Shown one piece after another: positions 1-12,615 of a DNA stretch of 64,000 nucleotides (position 1 is its first letter; the number at the start of each line of letters is the position of its first letter). The notes under the pieces are model-generated. The model was not told the origin of the DNA, searched no databases, and saw only the letters and a program-made list of their open reading frames with translations. The stretch comes from Octopus bimaculoides (Eukaryota), in assembly GCF_001194135.2 (NCBI RefSeq), contig NC_069001.1:23723746-23787745 (forward strand). Reading direction: 5' to 3'. Position numbers and translations under genes: made by a program.

Positions 1-35
<35 letters not shown>

Positions 36-42
36 ATGTATG
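1..42. repeat. (TA)n/(TG)n microsatellite
   Basis: Directly visible dinucleotide runs at the window start. Confidence 0.95.
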
Positions 43-250
43 TTTGTGTTTGTGTGTCTGTGTTTGTCCTCACAACATCACTTGACAACCGATGCTGGTG
101 TGTTTACGTCCCCATAACTTAGTGGTTTGGTAAAAGAGACCAATAGAATAAGTACTAGGCTTACAAAGTATAAGTCCTGGGGTCGATTTGCTCGACTAAG
201 GGTGGTGCTCCAGCATGGCTACAGTCAAATGACTGAAACAAGTAAAAGTA
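43..250 (+). mobile_element. SINE family A (tRNA/CORE-like), 3' half
   Basis: Matches the 3' halves of fuller copies at 8960-9315 and 53935-54305 (gatgctggtgtgtttacgtccc...gctccagcatgg...gactgaaacaagtaaaag). Confidence 0.8.
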
Positions 251-844
251 AGAGTGTATATATATATATGAATAGTGAGGGAAGTCTAGTAACCAATTGA
301 CCTATATGGGACCTCATATCAATGAGGTGGACTAGTGTGCAATAATGCTATGGTGAGGAAGGTCTTGAAATGATGTTGGTTCACTCCAGATGACATCATA
401 AGCCTGCTAATATCAAGCATGTGGAGCTTTCAACTGGTGGCACTTATATTTGCAAGTTGTTTTCAACACACACACAAACACACACACGCACACTCACACA
501 AATTGATATGTATAAGGAAAATAAGACAAGGTAGAAAATGCTAAAATAGCTCTGCTACCACACAACACCTATTTGAGATAAAGTATCCTAAGTACCTGTT
601 ACGTGGTAGCAGGGCAGGCAAGAAATAGCAGCCAAATCTTTCCTTTTCTGGGGAAAGGAGCCGTTTACTTGTAATTTCGATGACGCATTCATTGAAGGCA
701 TGCAAAATGACCTGGAAAAGAAAAGAAAAACCTTTGAAACAAAACTCCGTTGCTGAGAAACTCAGACTTTCCCAGTGACCCAACGGGTCATGGGGAGTCT
801 TGTAATATATACAAAACACACATAATATATTGTATAACATATAT

Positions 845-1020
845 ATTATTCTTTCAGTCATTTGACTGCAGCCATGCTGGAGCACCGCTTGTAGTTGAAC
901 AAATCAACCACAGGGTTTATTCTTTGTAAGCCTAGTACTTATTCTATTGATCTCTTTTGCTGAACTGTTAAGTTATGGGAATGTAAACACGTCGACACCA
1001 GTTGTCAAGCGATATATATG
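845..1020 (-). mobile_element. SINE family A, 3' half
   Basis: Reverse complement of the same tail (ttcagtcatttgactgcagccatgctggagcacc...gttgtcaagcgat). Confidence 0.75.
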
Positions 1021-1059
1021 TATAGCTTACCAATTATTTTTGTTGGTAGTTAATTTATT

Positions 1060-1518
1060 NNNNNNNNNNNNNNNNNNNNNNNNNNNNNNNNNNNNNNNNN
1101 NNNNNNNNNNNNNNNNNNNNNNNNNNNNNNNNNNNNNNNNNNNNNNNNNNNNNNNNNNNNNNNNNNNNNNNNNNNNNNNNNNNNNNNNNNNNNNNNNNNN
1201 NNNNNNNNNNNNNNNNNNNNNNNNNNNNNNNNNNNNNNNNNNNNNNNNNNNNNNNNNNNNNNNNNNNNNNNNNNNNNNNNNNNNNNNNNNNNNNNNNNNN
1301 NNNNNNNNNNNNNNNNNNNNNNNNNNNNNNNNNNNNNNNNNNNNNNNNNNNNNNNNNNNNNNNNNNNNNNNNNNNNNNNNNNNNNNNNNNNNNNNNNNNN
1401 NNNNNNNNNNNNNNNNNNNNNNNNNNNNNNNNNNNNNNNNNNNNNNNNNNNNNNNNNNNNNNNNNNNNNNNNNNNNNNNNNNNNNNNNNNNNNNNNNNNN
1501 NNNNNNNNNNNNNNNNNN
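1060..1518. other. Assembly gap (N run)
   Basis: Run of n; ORF calls spanning it are artefacts. Confidence 1.
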
Positions 1519-1558
<40 letters not shown>

Positions 1559-2326
1559 GTGTGTGTGTATGTATATATACATATATATATGTGTGTGTGC
1601 GTGTGTCTCTGTGTATGTATATCTTTATGTACACACACACAAGTGTGTTTGTGTGTGTGTGTGTGTGTGTGCAAGGGAATAATTGTAGTGACTATACTTT
1701 GCTGCAAATTTCCTGCTGTCTTTAACATTGCTAATTACGGAATTTCAATTAGCAAAAGCCTGTAGTGGCATGATGCTACCGGATTTGTTGGAGTTTATTG
1801 TTGATGCCATTAGTGTTGACAGCGAAGTAAAACAAAATGTAAAAGAAAAGCAAAAAATTCTGTTAACACTGACCATCATTGAAATGAAATGTGATAATTA
1901 CAGTGTAGAATAGATGGATTGAACTGGAAGAAATATATTTTCAGCCGGAATAACAAATAGAACTGAGATATTTTAGCCAAAGAAGTTTGCCATTTTGCAA
2001 AGAGTGTTTGACTACAGCTGTAGCCCATGGAAGCCAATGTGTCTGGTCAGGCAGCATGGAGAGACAGCTACACAAAGCAAACCTTTATCAAGTATGTTGT
2101 GAAGAAGAATGAAGCTTACTGGGCTGAAAATTCTTTCTAAGGAAAGTGCGTGATGTGCTTTCATCCCCAGTTAATTCTAGATATTAAGGTTGGAGAGAGA
2201 CAGGTGTTGTTGTTTGTGTGAATATCATGCAACATTGGAGCATATATTGGCAGCATATACATCTTCCCTTGCAGACTATACATTGTGACATAACTAAGTC
2301 TGGAGTATCTTTGCTGATGTGTTTAA

Positions 2327-2547
2327 CCCTTTAGCATTCAGATTATTCTGTCGAATTTAATGGTTATTGATTCACATTGCTTTAAATTTATCATTCATGA
2401 TCTTGTAGCTTTGAGATTTGGATGATGTGATTGTGTATTTTTAGAATGACATTGTAGGGTACACGTAAAAGACCAAATTTGTTTGGTTTAAGCATAAAAC
2501 AAACTACAATATCTGAGCTGGATAAGACTGGATTAAATGTAAAATGG
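2327..2547. mobile_element. piggyBac-type MITE (TTAA-flanked)
   Basis: ttaa|ccctttagcattcag ... aaaatgg|ttaa; related copies at 45390-45593 and 52550-53247. Confidence 0.7.
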
Positions 2548-2699
2548 TTAAATTGTACTTCTGTGGCATCAAACCAATAGTTTTCTACAAAGAGTGCAGC
2601 GACAATACAGGGGAAAGCCAATACCCAGACTTTTGAATGCTGCTAATGACTGGAGGTCATAGTTACCCTTGAAAGAAGCACCCAAATTACCAAGGGTAG

Positions 2700-2850
2700 G
2701 TGTGGTTGTGTGGTAAGAAGTTTTCTTCCAAACCACATGGTTTGGAGTTCAGTCCCACTGCTCAGCACTTTGGGCAAGTGTCTTCTACAACAGCTGCAGG
2801 CCAGCCAAAGCCTCATGAGTGGATTTAGTAGACGATATCAGAAAAAACCC
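2700..2850 (+). mobile_element. SINE family A, 5' tRNA-like head
   Basis: gtggtaagaag (A-box-like) ... gttcagtccc (B-box-like) then tgggcaagtgtcttcta (CORE-like). Confidence 0.75.
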
Positions 2851-3327
2851 CATCATATCAATATATATTTCACAAAGCTTTTTGTAATTTTTGCAATAAC
2901 AATAATAATCCTTTCTACTAAAGTCACAAGACCTGAAATACCCCCAGAATGACCACAATCCAATTACTGAAACAAATAAAAAACAAAAGATGGAAGAAAA
3001 CTACTTTAATATGGTCTGACTTGGTAAAAAATTCCACTTGCTGATATGACTGTGCTTGGGAAGAAATTGATATGGGATGAGCAGACAGCAGAAAAGATTT
3101 CAAACATGAATGACTCACAGAATCTTGGGAAGAAAGAGAATTGGTAGCATTCAATGTTTCCAGTTGAGAAATGGTTTATAGATCGTTTGTAGATCCCCAA
3201 TGCCCTATAAAGCTGACACTGGACTTAAAATGGATTGCAAAGTAGAGACTTGTTAAATGGAGAAGGATGCATACATTAAATCCTTCATCATGTATGTAAT
3301 ATGGATATATGCTAGAAAGACCTAAAT

Positions 3328-3606
3328 CAATAGTTCTCAATTGGGTGGGGTGTCCATATAAGATTTTTGGGAGGGTCCAGACAAGCAAAATAGTAAACTG
3401 GGCAAGCACTGTAATATATTAAGAGTCCATGAAAACATTTTGTTTTAGATGTATTTAGCATTTTACATTTTCAACGTACATAAGTTAATGCTTGAAAGAA
3501 GTTTCCATGAAACTAGTTTTTGAACATTTAGAGGTTATTGGGATCCGCAAGAGTAGAATAGGAATCAAAGGAGGTCCATAGGTAAAAAAAGGGTCGAGAA
3601 TCACTG
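3328..3606. mobile_element. hAT/Charlie-like MITE
   Basis: Imperfect TIRs caatagttctcaa / tcgagaatcactg resembling the CAGTGGTTCTCAA hAT terminus; no matching 8-bp TSD seen. Confidence 0.5.
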
Positions 3607-4484
3607 AATGGAGAGAACAAATCTTCATCAAGTAATAAAGCAAAATAGTTTCTTCATGGCTGAATGGTTAGAGCTACATATTGTCTGAATGGTAGATTCG
3701 GTTATAATAACAGAAAAAATGTGTTACAGTCTAAGTCAAAAGAAGCCATTTATTACCTTGTAACCGCAATGAACACATCACAACTGATAGGAATGATATT
3801 GTCAGAAGTGCTAAAATGACTGATGTCTAGTTGACAGCTGATGAATGAAAAGTCTAAATAGATATTTCGTAGATCAATGAGAATATAATCTTGATGTGAT
3901 TGCATTTGCAGGAAACTCAAAGAGATAGGAAATAGCTAGGTTTCATAGATTATTGGGGGAGAACCTAATAGTGTTAAACAAAGAAATACATCAATGTGTA
4001 TGTGCATACACACATACCTACATACATATATAATACATATGTATATATATATGTATGTATATGGAGATAGAAACAAACAGAGAGAGAGAATCAACAGACA
4101 AGATCCAGAGATGCTCAATGTAGAAAACACTCAGTAGCACTCAAATACCATACCTTGTCCCCTAAATTTTTTGTGCAAATAAATAAGGATTAATTTTGGC
4201 AGAATACTGTGAATGTTACAAAGTTAAACATGACTGACCTGTTTGATTGTATGTTTTATCATCAAATCATATTTGAATAGGTGTTAATCAGTACATGCAT
4301 GCATGCCAACACATCTCAGCATGTATGTGTCTGTATAAATATGTGGAAACATTGGTTAGAGTGAACATGAAGCTATACAAGTGTGATTGAGTAAGGTTAT
4401 GAGTATATACAAATATAGATTACATGGATATGTAAGCTAGTATGTATACATAGGTGCTACATGTGCATCCACGTATTTTATTTT

Positions 4485-4680
4485 GTTCTTTCACTTGTTT
4501 CAGTCATGCTCGAGCACCATTTTAAAGGATTTTTTAGTTGAAGAAATTGACCCCAGGCCTTATTCTTTGTAAGCCTAGTACTTACTGTACCAGTCTCTTT
4601 TGCCAAACTGTTAAATTATGAGGATGTAAACACACCAACATCAGTCGTTAAGTGATGGTGGGGGACAAACACAGACACAA

Positions 4681-4700
<20 letters not shown>
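4485..4700 (-). mobile_element. SINE family A, 3' half
   Basis: Same tail as other copies, running into a (CA)n tract. Confidence 0.75.
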
Positions 4701-4730
<30 letters not shown>

Positions 4731-4740
4731 NNNNNNNNNN
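4731..4740. other. Assembly gap (10 N)
   Basis: Run of n after a (CA)n tract. Confidence 1.
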
Positions 4741-5459
4741 CAATTTTAATTTACAAAGTAACATTATAATGAAAAAAGGTGCCATCATTTTGTTAAAATA
4801 TTGACACACTAGAATACTTAAAAAATGAGAGCCAGAAGTACCAATATAGCTGATGTTTTATGCAAAGTAGAATAGTATATATGATAGGCAAATTCATTAT
4901 GTAAAAAATAGGCATTGGGTCAAGACTAAAACGGTGAAGACTTGGCAATAACTTAGGCAATAACTCAAGCAAATTTTACTGTGAATTTGTTGTTATAGGT
5001 AGATTTTGCTGTAATATATAACCAATTTTTATATTATTCTATTTATCGTACTAAGTATGTACTACTATTATTTTTTATAACTTATTTTCAAATTTCTAGC
5101 TATTAATTAATAATTAAAAAATGAATTTTTTTAAAGTGCAAAAATATTTTGAGTTATTTCTTATTTTTAATAGAAGTAACAAGTGATAGCAAATAGAAGT
5201 AATAACTTGTAATGAAATTTTTAGTTTTAATAAAAGCTAATATTTTCTAAATCTAAATATTTTATTACCAATTTTATCCTTAGCTGCAAATTTTTTAAGT
5301 AGAGCTTTTCTTGTTCTGTACTTTACCAGATGTAATAACTTGTCCAGAACTTTTCCAAGTATAATAACTTGTCCTGTAATTTTCCAGGTTTATGATCTTA
5401 AGAATATTATTTCTCTTGCTCACATTTTCCTTGTAATATATATATATATGTATAATATG

Positions 5460-5612
5460 ACAGGCTTCTTTCAGTTTCCATCTACAAAATTCACTTACAA
5501 GGCTTTGGTCAGCCCGAGGCTATAGTAGAAGACACTTGCTCAAGGTGCCATGCAGTGGAACTGAACCTGGAACCATGTGGTTGGGAAACAAGCTTCTTAC
5601 CCCACAGCTACT
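5460..5612 (-). mobile_element. SINE family A, 5' head
   Basis: Reverse complement of the tRNA-like head (tagaagacacttgctcaagg...gcttcttaccccacag). Confidence 0.75.
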
Positions 5613-5914
5613 GAGGGACCATGTGCATATAAGTATTAAATTCTATTCTGTGTATGAGGAAATAACCAATAGGTATGCCTTTATGAAAGCATGGATGTGC
5701 ATACAGATACATATGTCTATATAAGCATACAAATGCATGTGCACTTGTATGAACATTTGGGTCTATCCACACAACACTGCATGCATGCATGGTGGATTAT
5801 TTTTTAAGTGTGCTTATATATGTGCATGAAAGGCAAATCTGAGCTGAAAGATATGTGGGTGTATATAAATTTGAAATTGCATATATGTATACAAGAGTGT
5901 ATGCACATATTTTT

Positions 5915-6303
5915 TATTTTTCACTTGTTTCAGTCATTAGACTGTGGACATGCTGGAGCAGCACCTTGAAGAAATTTTAATCAAATATATCAATCCCAAT
6001 ACTTATTTTTTAAAGCCTGGCATTTATTCCATCAATCTTGTTTGCTGAATCACTAAGTTATGGGGGTAGTAAACACACCAACACCAACTGCTGGCGGACA
6101 AACACAGACATAAGGAAACACACACAAACATGCATACACATATATATGATAAGCTTCTTTCAGTTTCCACCGACCAAATCCTCTCACAAAGCTTTGTTTG
6201 GCCCGAGGCTATAGGAGAAAACACTTGACTAAGTTGCCACACAGCAGGACTGAACCCAGAAGCATGTGGCTGGGAAGCAAACTTCTTACGACACAGCCAC
6301 ACC
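5915..6303 (-). mobile_element. SINE family A, near full length
   Basis: Head, central (CA/TA) spacer and tail all present in reverse orientation. Confidence 0.85.
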
Positions 6304-6339
6304 AGCTCCTATATGTTCATGTAATATGTAAATGCGTGG

Positions 6340-6577
6340 AAGGCGGCGATACTGGCAGAAACGTTAGCATGCTGGGCGAAATGCTTAGCGGTATTTCCTC
6401 TGCCGTTACGTTCTGAGTTCAAATTCTACTGAAGTTGACTTTGTCTTTCATCCTTTCGGGGTCGATAAATTAAGTACCAGTTACGCATTGAGGTTGATGT
6501 AATCGACTTAATCCCTTTGTCTATCCTTATTTGTCCCCTCTATGTTTAGCCCCTTGTGGGCAATAAAGAAATAAGAA
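6340..6577 (+). mobile_element. SINE family B (tRNA head plus Meta-like central domain)
   Basis: ggcggcga..tggcagaa head, gagttcaaattc B-box-like motif, gactttgcctttcatcctttcggggtcgataaattaagtacc resembling the MetaSINE domain, tail ...gggcaataaagaaataa. Confidence 0.85.
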
Positions 6578-6775
6578 ACCTTAGCATGCCACGCAAAATG
6601 CTTAGCAGCATTTCATCCGTCTTTATGTTCTGAGTTCAAATTCTGCCGAGGTTGACTTTGCCTTTCATCCTTTTAGGATCGATAAATCAAGTACCAGTTG
6701 CATACTGCGGTCAATCTAATTGACTGGCCCCCTCTCCCCAAACTTTCAGGCCTTGTACCTAGAGTAGAAAAGAAT
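6578..6775 (+). mobile_element. SINE family B, second tandem copy with an alternative 3' tail
   Basis: Same central domain directly after the first copy, but tail is ...ttcaggccttgtacctagagtagaaaagaat. Confidence 0.75.
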
Positions 6776-7127
6776 ATGTAAATGTGTGTGTGTGTGCTGG
6801 AGGATGAAAAGATGTACAACCCCTTTACACATATACCTTATGTCTGCATGCATATATGTGTGCAAGATGAGAATGGAACAAATCACCAGAAAAATTAAAT
6901 TCAGAAGGGTGGGTGGTTGAGGGGTAAAATAACATTAGTAGTCATAGTAGTAAATATTTTTAGATGTAATAAGAATATTTACTCATGCAAAAGTTTAACG
7001 AAGTGCTCAAAGAAATAGAAAGAATTCAAATTTCTGTGTAATAATTCATAAATACATAAAACAGCTTGAACAAAATGACATATGAAAAATATGTCAAAGT
7101 ATATACATTAAAATAAACATACATATA

Positions 7128-7225
7128 ATCTATCTATCTATCTATCTATGTATCTATCTATCTATCTATCTATATATATATATCTATCTAGTTATCTATC
7201 TATATATATATATATATATATATAC
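7128..7225. repeat. (TATC)n/(TA)n microsatellite
   Basis: Directly visible. Confidence 0.95.
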
Positions 7226-7307
7226 ACTCTCTCTTTCCTTTCCTGAGCGTCCAATAATACTATCCATATCACGTCCTCACTTTGTTGTTTTTTTTAACTA
7301 TATATAT

Positions 7308-7537
7308 NNNNNNNNNNNNNNNNNNNNNNNNNNNNNNNNNNNNNNNNNNNNNNNNNNNNNNNNNNNNNNNNNNNNNNNNNNNNNNNNNNNNNNNNNNNNN
7401 NNNNNNNNNNNNNNNNNNNNNNNNNNNNNNNNNNNNNNNNNNNNNNNNNNNNNNNNNNNNNNNNNNNNNNNNNNNNNNNNNNNNNNNNNNNNNNNNNNNN
7501 NNNNNNNNNNNNNNNNNNNNNNNNNNNNNNNNNNNNN
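7308..7537. other. Assembly gap (N run)
   Basis: Run of n between (TA)n and (CA)n. Confidence 1.
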
Positions 7538-7574
<37 letters not shown>

Positions 7575-8959
7575 AATATATATAGTTCATAATTTTTAGG
7601 AGAGCAATGTTATTTATTTTATACATGCTGGCTTTGCCAAATTTTTTGGATGTTGTGGAATCTATCATGACCAGCTGAAAATTCAAGAGAACTCAAATAC
7701 TATCTCGCTATGTCGAAGAGCTATACAGATGAAAGTGCTCAACCTCCAGAACTGAACATTACTCTTGCATGAAGAAATATTCTCGTTATATCTACAAAAT
7801 ATTCCCATCACTAACAGTATATGTGTGTGTGTGTGTGTGTTTGCATATGTGTATTCTAATGCATGCCAACATTTGAATTGAATTTTTTTTTTTTGTTTTT
7901 TTACATAATCCCGCTTTGCCATCCATTTGATATTTATCACGATAAAGTTGCCACGGAACTAGAGAAAGGAATGAAAGCAAGAAAAGAAATTAAATTTATC
8001 TTTCTTAACATATTTAGTAATGGGGCCAGGAGCAAACCACTTTTTTTATATCTTCAATTTCCTTTTCGACTTAAATATTTCTAAAGATGATTGTTAAATA
8101 AAATTACCTCAGAAATACAAAATAAGTAAGAAGATGAAATGCAGAAGGGATTAAGCTATTTTATAGGTTATTTCTTATATTATATTACATTTTATTTCTT
8201 CTGAAATATACAGGTTTAGTTAAATATAGCAGGTGTTAGAAATGGAAAGCATGTGGTGAGAAAAGAGAAAGAGAAAGTAAATGACACAGCGAGAGATATA
8301 GTGTGTTTGAAATAGAGAGGGATTGCAGGAAGGATATTGTGATAAATGATGTTGCCATCCTAGAAAAATAATCACAAATATTTAGGAAGACAAGAGGAAG
8401 TCTTCATGACAAACAAGTGGTTAGAAAGAAATGGCTAAATGCGAAATACGCTGTTATGTGATAACTCTCCAGTGACAAAAGTGAAAGTAGATAAACGTGA
8501 AATATCTTGTGTGATAACATTCTAGTGACAAAAGTTCCTACTTGAAACTTGATATTTTCCTTCTTTCCATGGAATGTCAAAGTATCGCCACTTTGGTTTT
8601 ACTCAGTGGAGATATTTGACGCTAAACTTGTACATGCTGTACTTTAGTCATTATTTTTATATGGCTTTGTCAGAGAGTGTTGCTAGCTCGACTCAGTATT
8701 GACCTGAGGTTAAACAATATTAATGACACGACAGGGAAAAACCAACAGGGAAACCTTCAAATGATCATTCAACTTGCTAGAAATAGTAGCCACTCTTCTT
8801 CATACCACACACTATTACCATAAAGAAAGACACAGCCTTAAGAGATTATGGAATAAATTACACTGTATCATAAAATATGTAAGTAAATAAATATATAAAC
8901 AGATAAATAAATCTATAAATAAATCTATAAATAAATCGATAAATAAATCTATAAACAGT

Positions 8960-9315
8960 GTGACTGTGTGGTAAGAAGCTTGCTTCCCAAACACAAGGTT
9001 CCAGGTTCAGTCCCACTGCATAGCATCTTGGGCAAGTGTCTTCTACTATAGCCTTGGGCCGACCAAAGCCTTGTGAGCGGATTTGGTAGACAGAAACTGA
9101 AAGAAGCCTGTGGTATATATGAGCAGTTTATGAATGTGTCTGCATTTGTCCCCCTTCACTGCTTGGCAACCAATGTTGGTGTGTCTATGTCCCTGTAACT
9201 TAGCAGCTCGAGTATAAGTACCAAGCTTTAAAACATAAGTTCTTGGGTCAATTCATTTGACAAAAAATTCTTTAAGGTGGTGCCCCAGCATGGACACAGT
9301 CAAATGACTGATGAA
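8960..9315 (+). mobile_element. SINE family A, near full length
   Basis: gtgtggtaagaagcttgcttccc head through gtcaaatgactga tail. Confidence 0.85.
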
Positions 9316-9389
9316 AGATAATATGCTCAAAGTAGCAATTCCTTTTAATCATACAGTTGTTGGATCAGAGCTGAACTGGACCTAAACAA

Positions 9390-10260
9390 CATCAACAACA
9401 ACAACATCAACCACAGTGCTAACATCAACAACATCATCATCGCATGAAGGTAACTAGTAAGTATGGAGTATGAGTGATGAGTATGTGAATTGATCCAGAC
9501 TGGAGGAGGTTTTGCTGTCGTAGTTTTTGTAATCTGAGACAGTTTGGTAAATGTGTTTGGAGAGTATAGGAGAAGGTTGAAATCTGTTGAAAAAACGAGT
9601 TTCCAACAATGAAATCTAAAGTTCTTGTTTTGAATGCAGTCCAAGACATTTGATTGGATAGCATCTGTGTGCTGGTTCAGATGTGGAAGGTCTCTATGAT
9701 TGTAGGAAATTGGTAACTGACCAAAGCTGAAGCATTTTCTCATCCTTTAAAAGGAACAAAATGCTAAGACCTTTATGAGTGGACAAAGGAGCTGATACAT
9801 GATAAATTGGCTTGCTAGAAATAGCAGTCAAATCTTCTTAAAATCATATTTAACAGTATTAGAAAATAAAGGACATACTGAATGCAGCCCATGACATTTG
9901 AGTAGGTAGCATCTGTGTGTTGTTTCAGATGTGGATGTTGCCTTGATTGTGGGGACTCAGTGACTGACCAAGGCTGAAGTATTTTCTGATCCTTTAAAAG
10001 GAATAAATTGCTAAGACTTTTATCACGAGTTGACAAAGGAGCAAATGCATGATAAATTGACTTGATAGAAATAACAGTAAAATCTTCTGAAAATCAAATT
10101 CGACAATTTTAGAAAGTGAAGGACATATTGAATAATGTACATAGTTCTAGATAAATAGAATATAATGGTCATGGGTGGAATACTTCTGCTTGGTAAGTCT
10201 GCTCAATCAGGGTTGATTTGGGCTTCAACAACAACTATGCCACCACCATTAACAAGAAGA

Positions 10261-10293
<33 letters not shown>

Positions 10294-10339
10294 GCTACTA
10301 CTACTACCACCACCACCACCACCACCATTAACAAGAAGA

Positions 10340-10383
<44 letters not shown>

Positions 10384-10400
10384 CATTAACAAGAAAAAGA

Positions 10401-10431
<31 letters not shown>

Positions 10432-12240
10432 TGTCAAAATGATTTCTGTTTGTATCATCACCCTCTTTTCTGATTTCAGATCATAAGAAGACTTTTGTAT
10501 ATTTTCAGGCTTGGTAAAAGTAGTACCAGTTATACAATGGTGTACAAACAAATGTGTCGGATATATGCAATTCAGAAAAGGCCAGGCGACAAAATATGCT
10601 GCAAATATTTTTATGTAATTCAACTAGTTTTATAGAGATTGTCTTACTCTGTTTAATACATAATGGTTATTACTAAGAAGCTGGAGAGATTCAGCGTGTT
10701 GGAGGATGTCATTTTTAATGGTTGTCACTGTTACCTTGGAGATATTAGAAGTGAAAACAGTGAGTAGTAGTTGGCTGGGCTGGAGGACTGCCTTTCTTTG
10801 GAATAGAACATTCTGAGCAAATCCTAAATGTCAGAGTATAATCATAAAAAAGTGTGGAAGATAAAAGTGTTTAGTAAGCGTTGGAGCAAGTTCTGGATTG
10901 TACTCTTTAAATGTAATGGGCATCACATTGTCAGGGCCAGTGGCCTTGTTCACTTGAAGCAGATAGAAGTATTTCTACATTTGGTATATGGGATGTAAGT
11001 GGGATGGAGGGCTATTGGAGCTGAGGTGGGTAGGTTTGGAGAAGATTGGCCTGGAATCTAGGTAGTGAAGGTAAAGGTTTCCTTCATGGGGTACAGCCAA
11101 TGCAGCCATAATTGTTAAAAGGTGGAGCAGGAAAAGGGGACTCCACAAAGGTGGTGGGGATCCTACAGGCAAGTGACCTGGAATATCAGTTGATGTTTGG
11201 GAGACAAGAAAGATTAAAGCATAAAGGCATTCTTTGCACTGTGGATCCTGGTTTTACAGGAGAGTGCTAATGTTTAAACACCAGCCAAGTTTGGGGAGTG
11301 GGTGAAGTTCTCTAAGGGTTGTAGATTTTGTGATTTGCTAAAAAATCTGCAGCACAAAAATGAGTAAGACTCTTAGAGGACTTGGGTCATTGGATTTTGT
11401 TGTGTGAGGGACGTGAAGGATGTGGCCCAAAAGGACTGTTTCACTCACCACTTGTATAGGTTATTCTAATGGATCAGGAGTGTGAAGCACAACATGTGTT
11501 GCCAAGGATGATTGGCATAAAATTGACAGAGCGTTGATCAATCAACTGACATAGATCTGGAAATGAGAGAGGTTGTTGTGTGGTGTGTAACTGTGTTGAG
11601 CAGTTGAGATGAGGCAGGGGTCAGATAATCTAAGAGATTTTACTTAATCTAAGATAATCTAAGAGACAGTTATGGTTTGGTAGAAGTTACGTTTTGAGAT
11701 AAAAGGAGATCAAGGGTGTTTACGGTGTTTGTGTAATGGGGTGGAATGTGAGTTCGGTTGAAACAAGTTCATGTAAAATGGAGAATCTGACAAAGGTTTC
11801 AGCTTCCAGGCTGAAGGCATTGGTGTGTGGGGGATGAATATGAGAGCCATGAGGGGATGTGAGGGTTGAAATCACTGAAAATGATAACTTCAAAGATGGG
11901 AAGGAGAGATATATATATATTCTCAATGCAGAAGGAGACACGGTCAAAATCAAAGTGTTTGTGGTGGTCAGAGGATTTCAGAGAGTGATAGAAAGAGTAG
12001 ATATATTTGGGGAAATGAGGGAGGGGGATTTTAAGCTTACATTACTGGAATTCCTTTTGCTGAAATTGAGATTAGAGAGACAGAGAGAGAGGTTGAGTGG
12101 AGTATATGTTTGTACAGATACAAACCTTCTGAAGAGAAATTTGAGTAGAGAGTCTGTTTTTGATTGTGGAGTTGGTTTGGGGACAAAAGAATTTGTATTG
12201 CAGAGGGAAAATAAGATGTACACAGGACATAAACAAACTG
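9390..12240 (-). mobile_element. Degraded CR1/Jockey-type LINE (APE endonuclease plus RT remnants)
   Basis: Minus-strand translation: VIIFSDFNPH...TFHP...NTLDLLFIS (APE, ~11700-11890); VNKATGPDNV...PELAPTLTK and SNISKV (RT, ~10690-10960); RIRKYFS and LDCIQNK (RT C-terminal part, ~9620-10010). Many stops and frameshifts. Confidence 0.7.
10241..10430. repeat. Compound (ACT)n/(ACC)n repeat with a 3x repeated accattaacaagaa cassette
   Basis: ccaccattaacaagaa(g/a)aa-ctactacta recurs at ~10243, ~10322 and ~10380. Confidence 0.9.
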
Positions 12241-12394
12241 ACAGCATTCATCAAGTAGTGAATGACATGCACACACACACACACACACCACACACAAAGA
12301 CACACATACAAACTTGTACATGTATGCACACACACACACACATGCACACAAATGCTCACACAGATAGACAGACATGCATAGACATTCAATGGAT

Positions 12395-12545
12395 TTTTTA
12401 CAAGTTTTCATTCACTGTATCCACTCACAAGACATTCATAAGCTTGAGGCTATAGAAAAAGACACTTGCCCAGAGTGCTGTGCAGTGGGACTGAACCCAA
12501 AACCATGTGGTTGTAAAGCAAGCTTCTTAACCACACAGCCATGCC
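12395..12545 (-). mobile_element. SINE family A, 5' head
   Basis: gacacttgcccagagtgctgtgcagtgggactgaaccc...gcttcttaaccacacagcc. Confidence 0.75.
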
Positions 12546-12615
12546 TGTGTCTGGTTGAATATTTTGAACTTCTGCTTTTCTCTAACAGCTTAGTTTGAGG
12601 TGAAGCAGAAAACCC

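Noticed and set aside
947-1765. Long ORF-track calls spanning N gaps (also 7269-7686, 50072-52468, 54843-55380, 59494-60033, 62475-63273)
   Set aside because: Made of X plus (YI)n/(CV)n/(HT)n translations of microsatellites; artefacts.
1990-2300. Possible Tigger/pogo transposase traces (CFIPQ, VLLFV-like words)
   Set aside because: Too degraded; no continuous frame, catalytic motif or TIR could be shown.
11859-12455. 198-aa plus-strand ORF
   Set aside because: Antisense to the LINE endonuclease remnant and running into a (CA)n tract.
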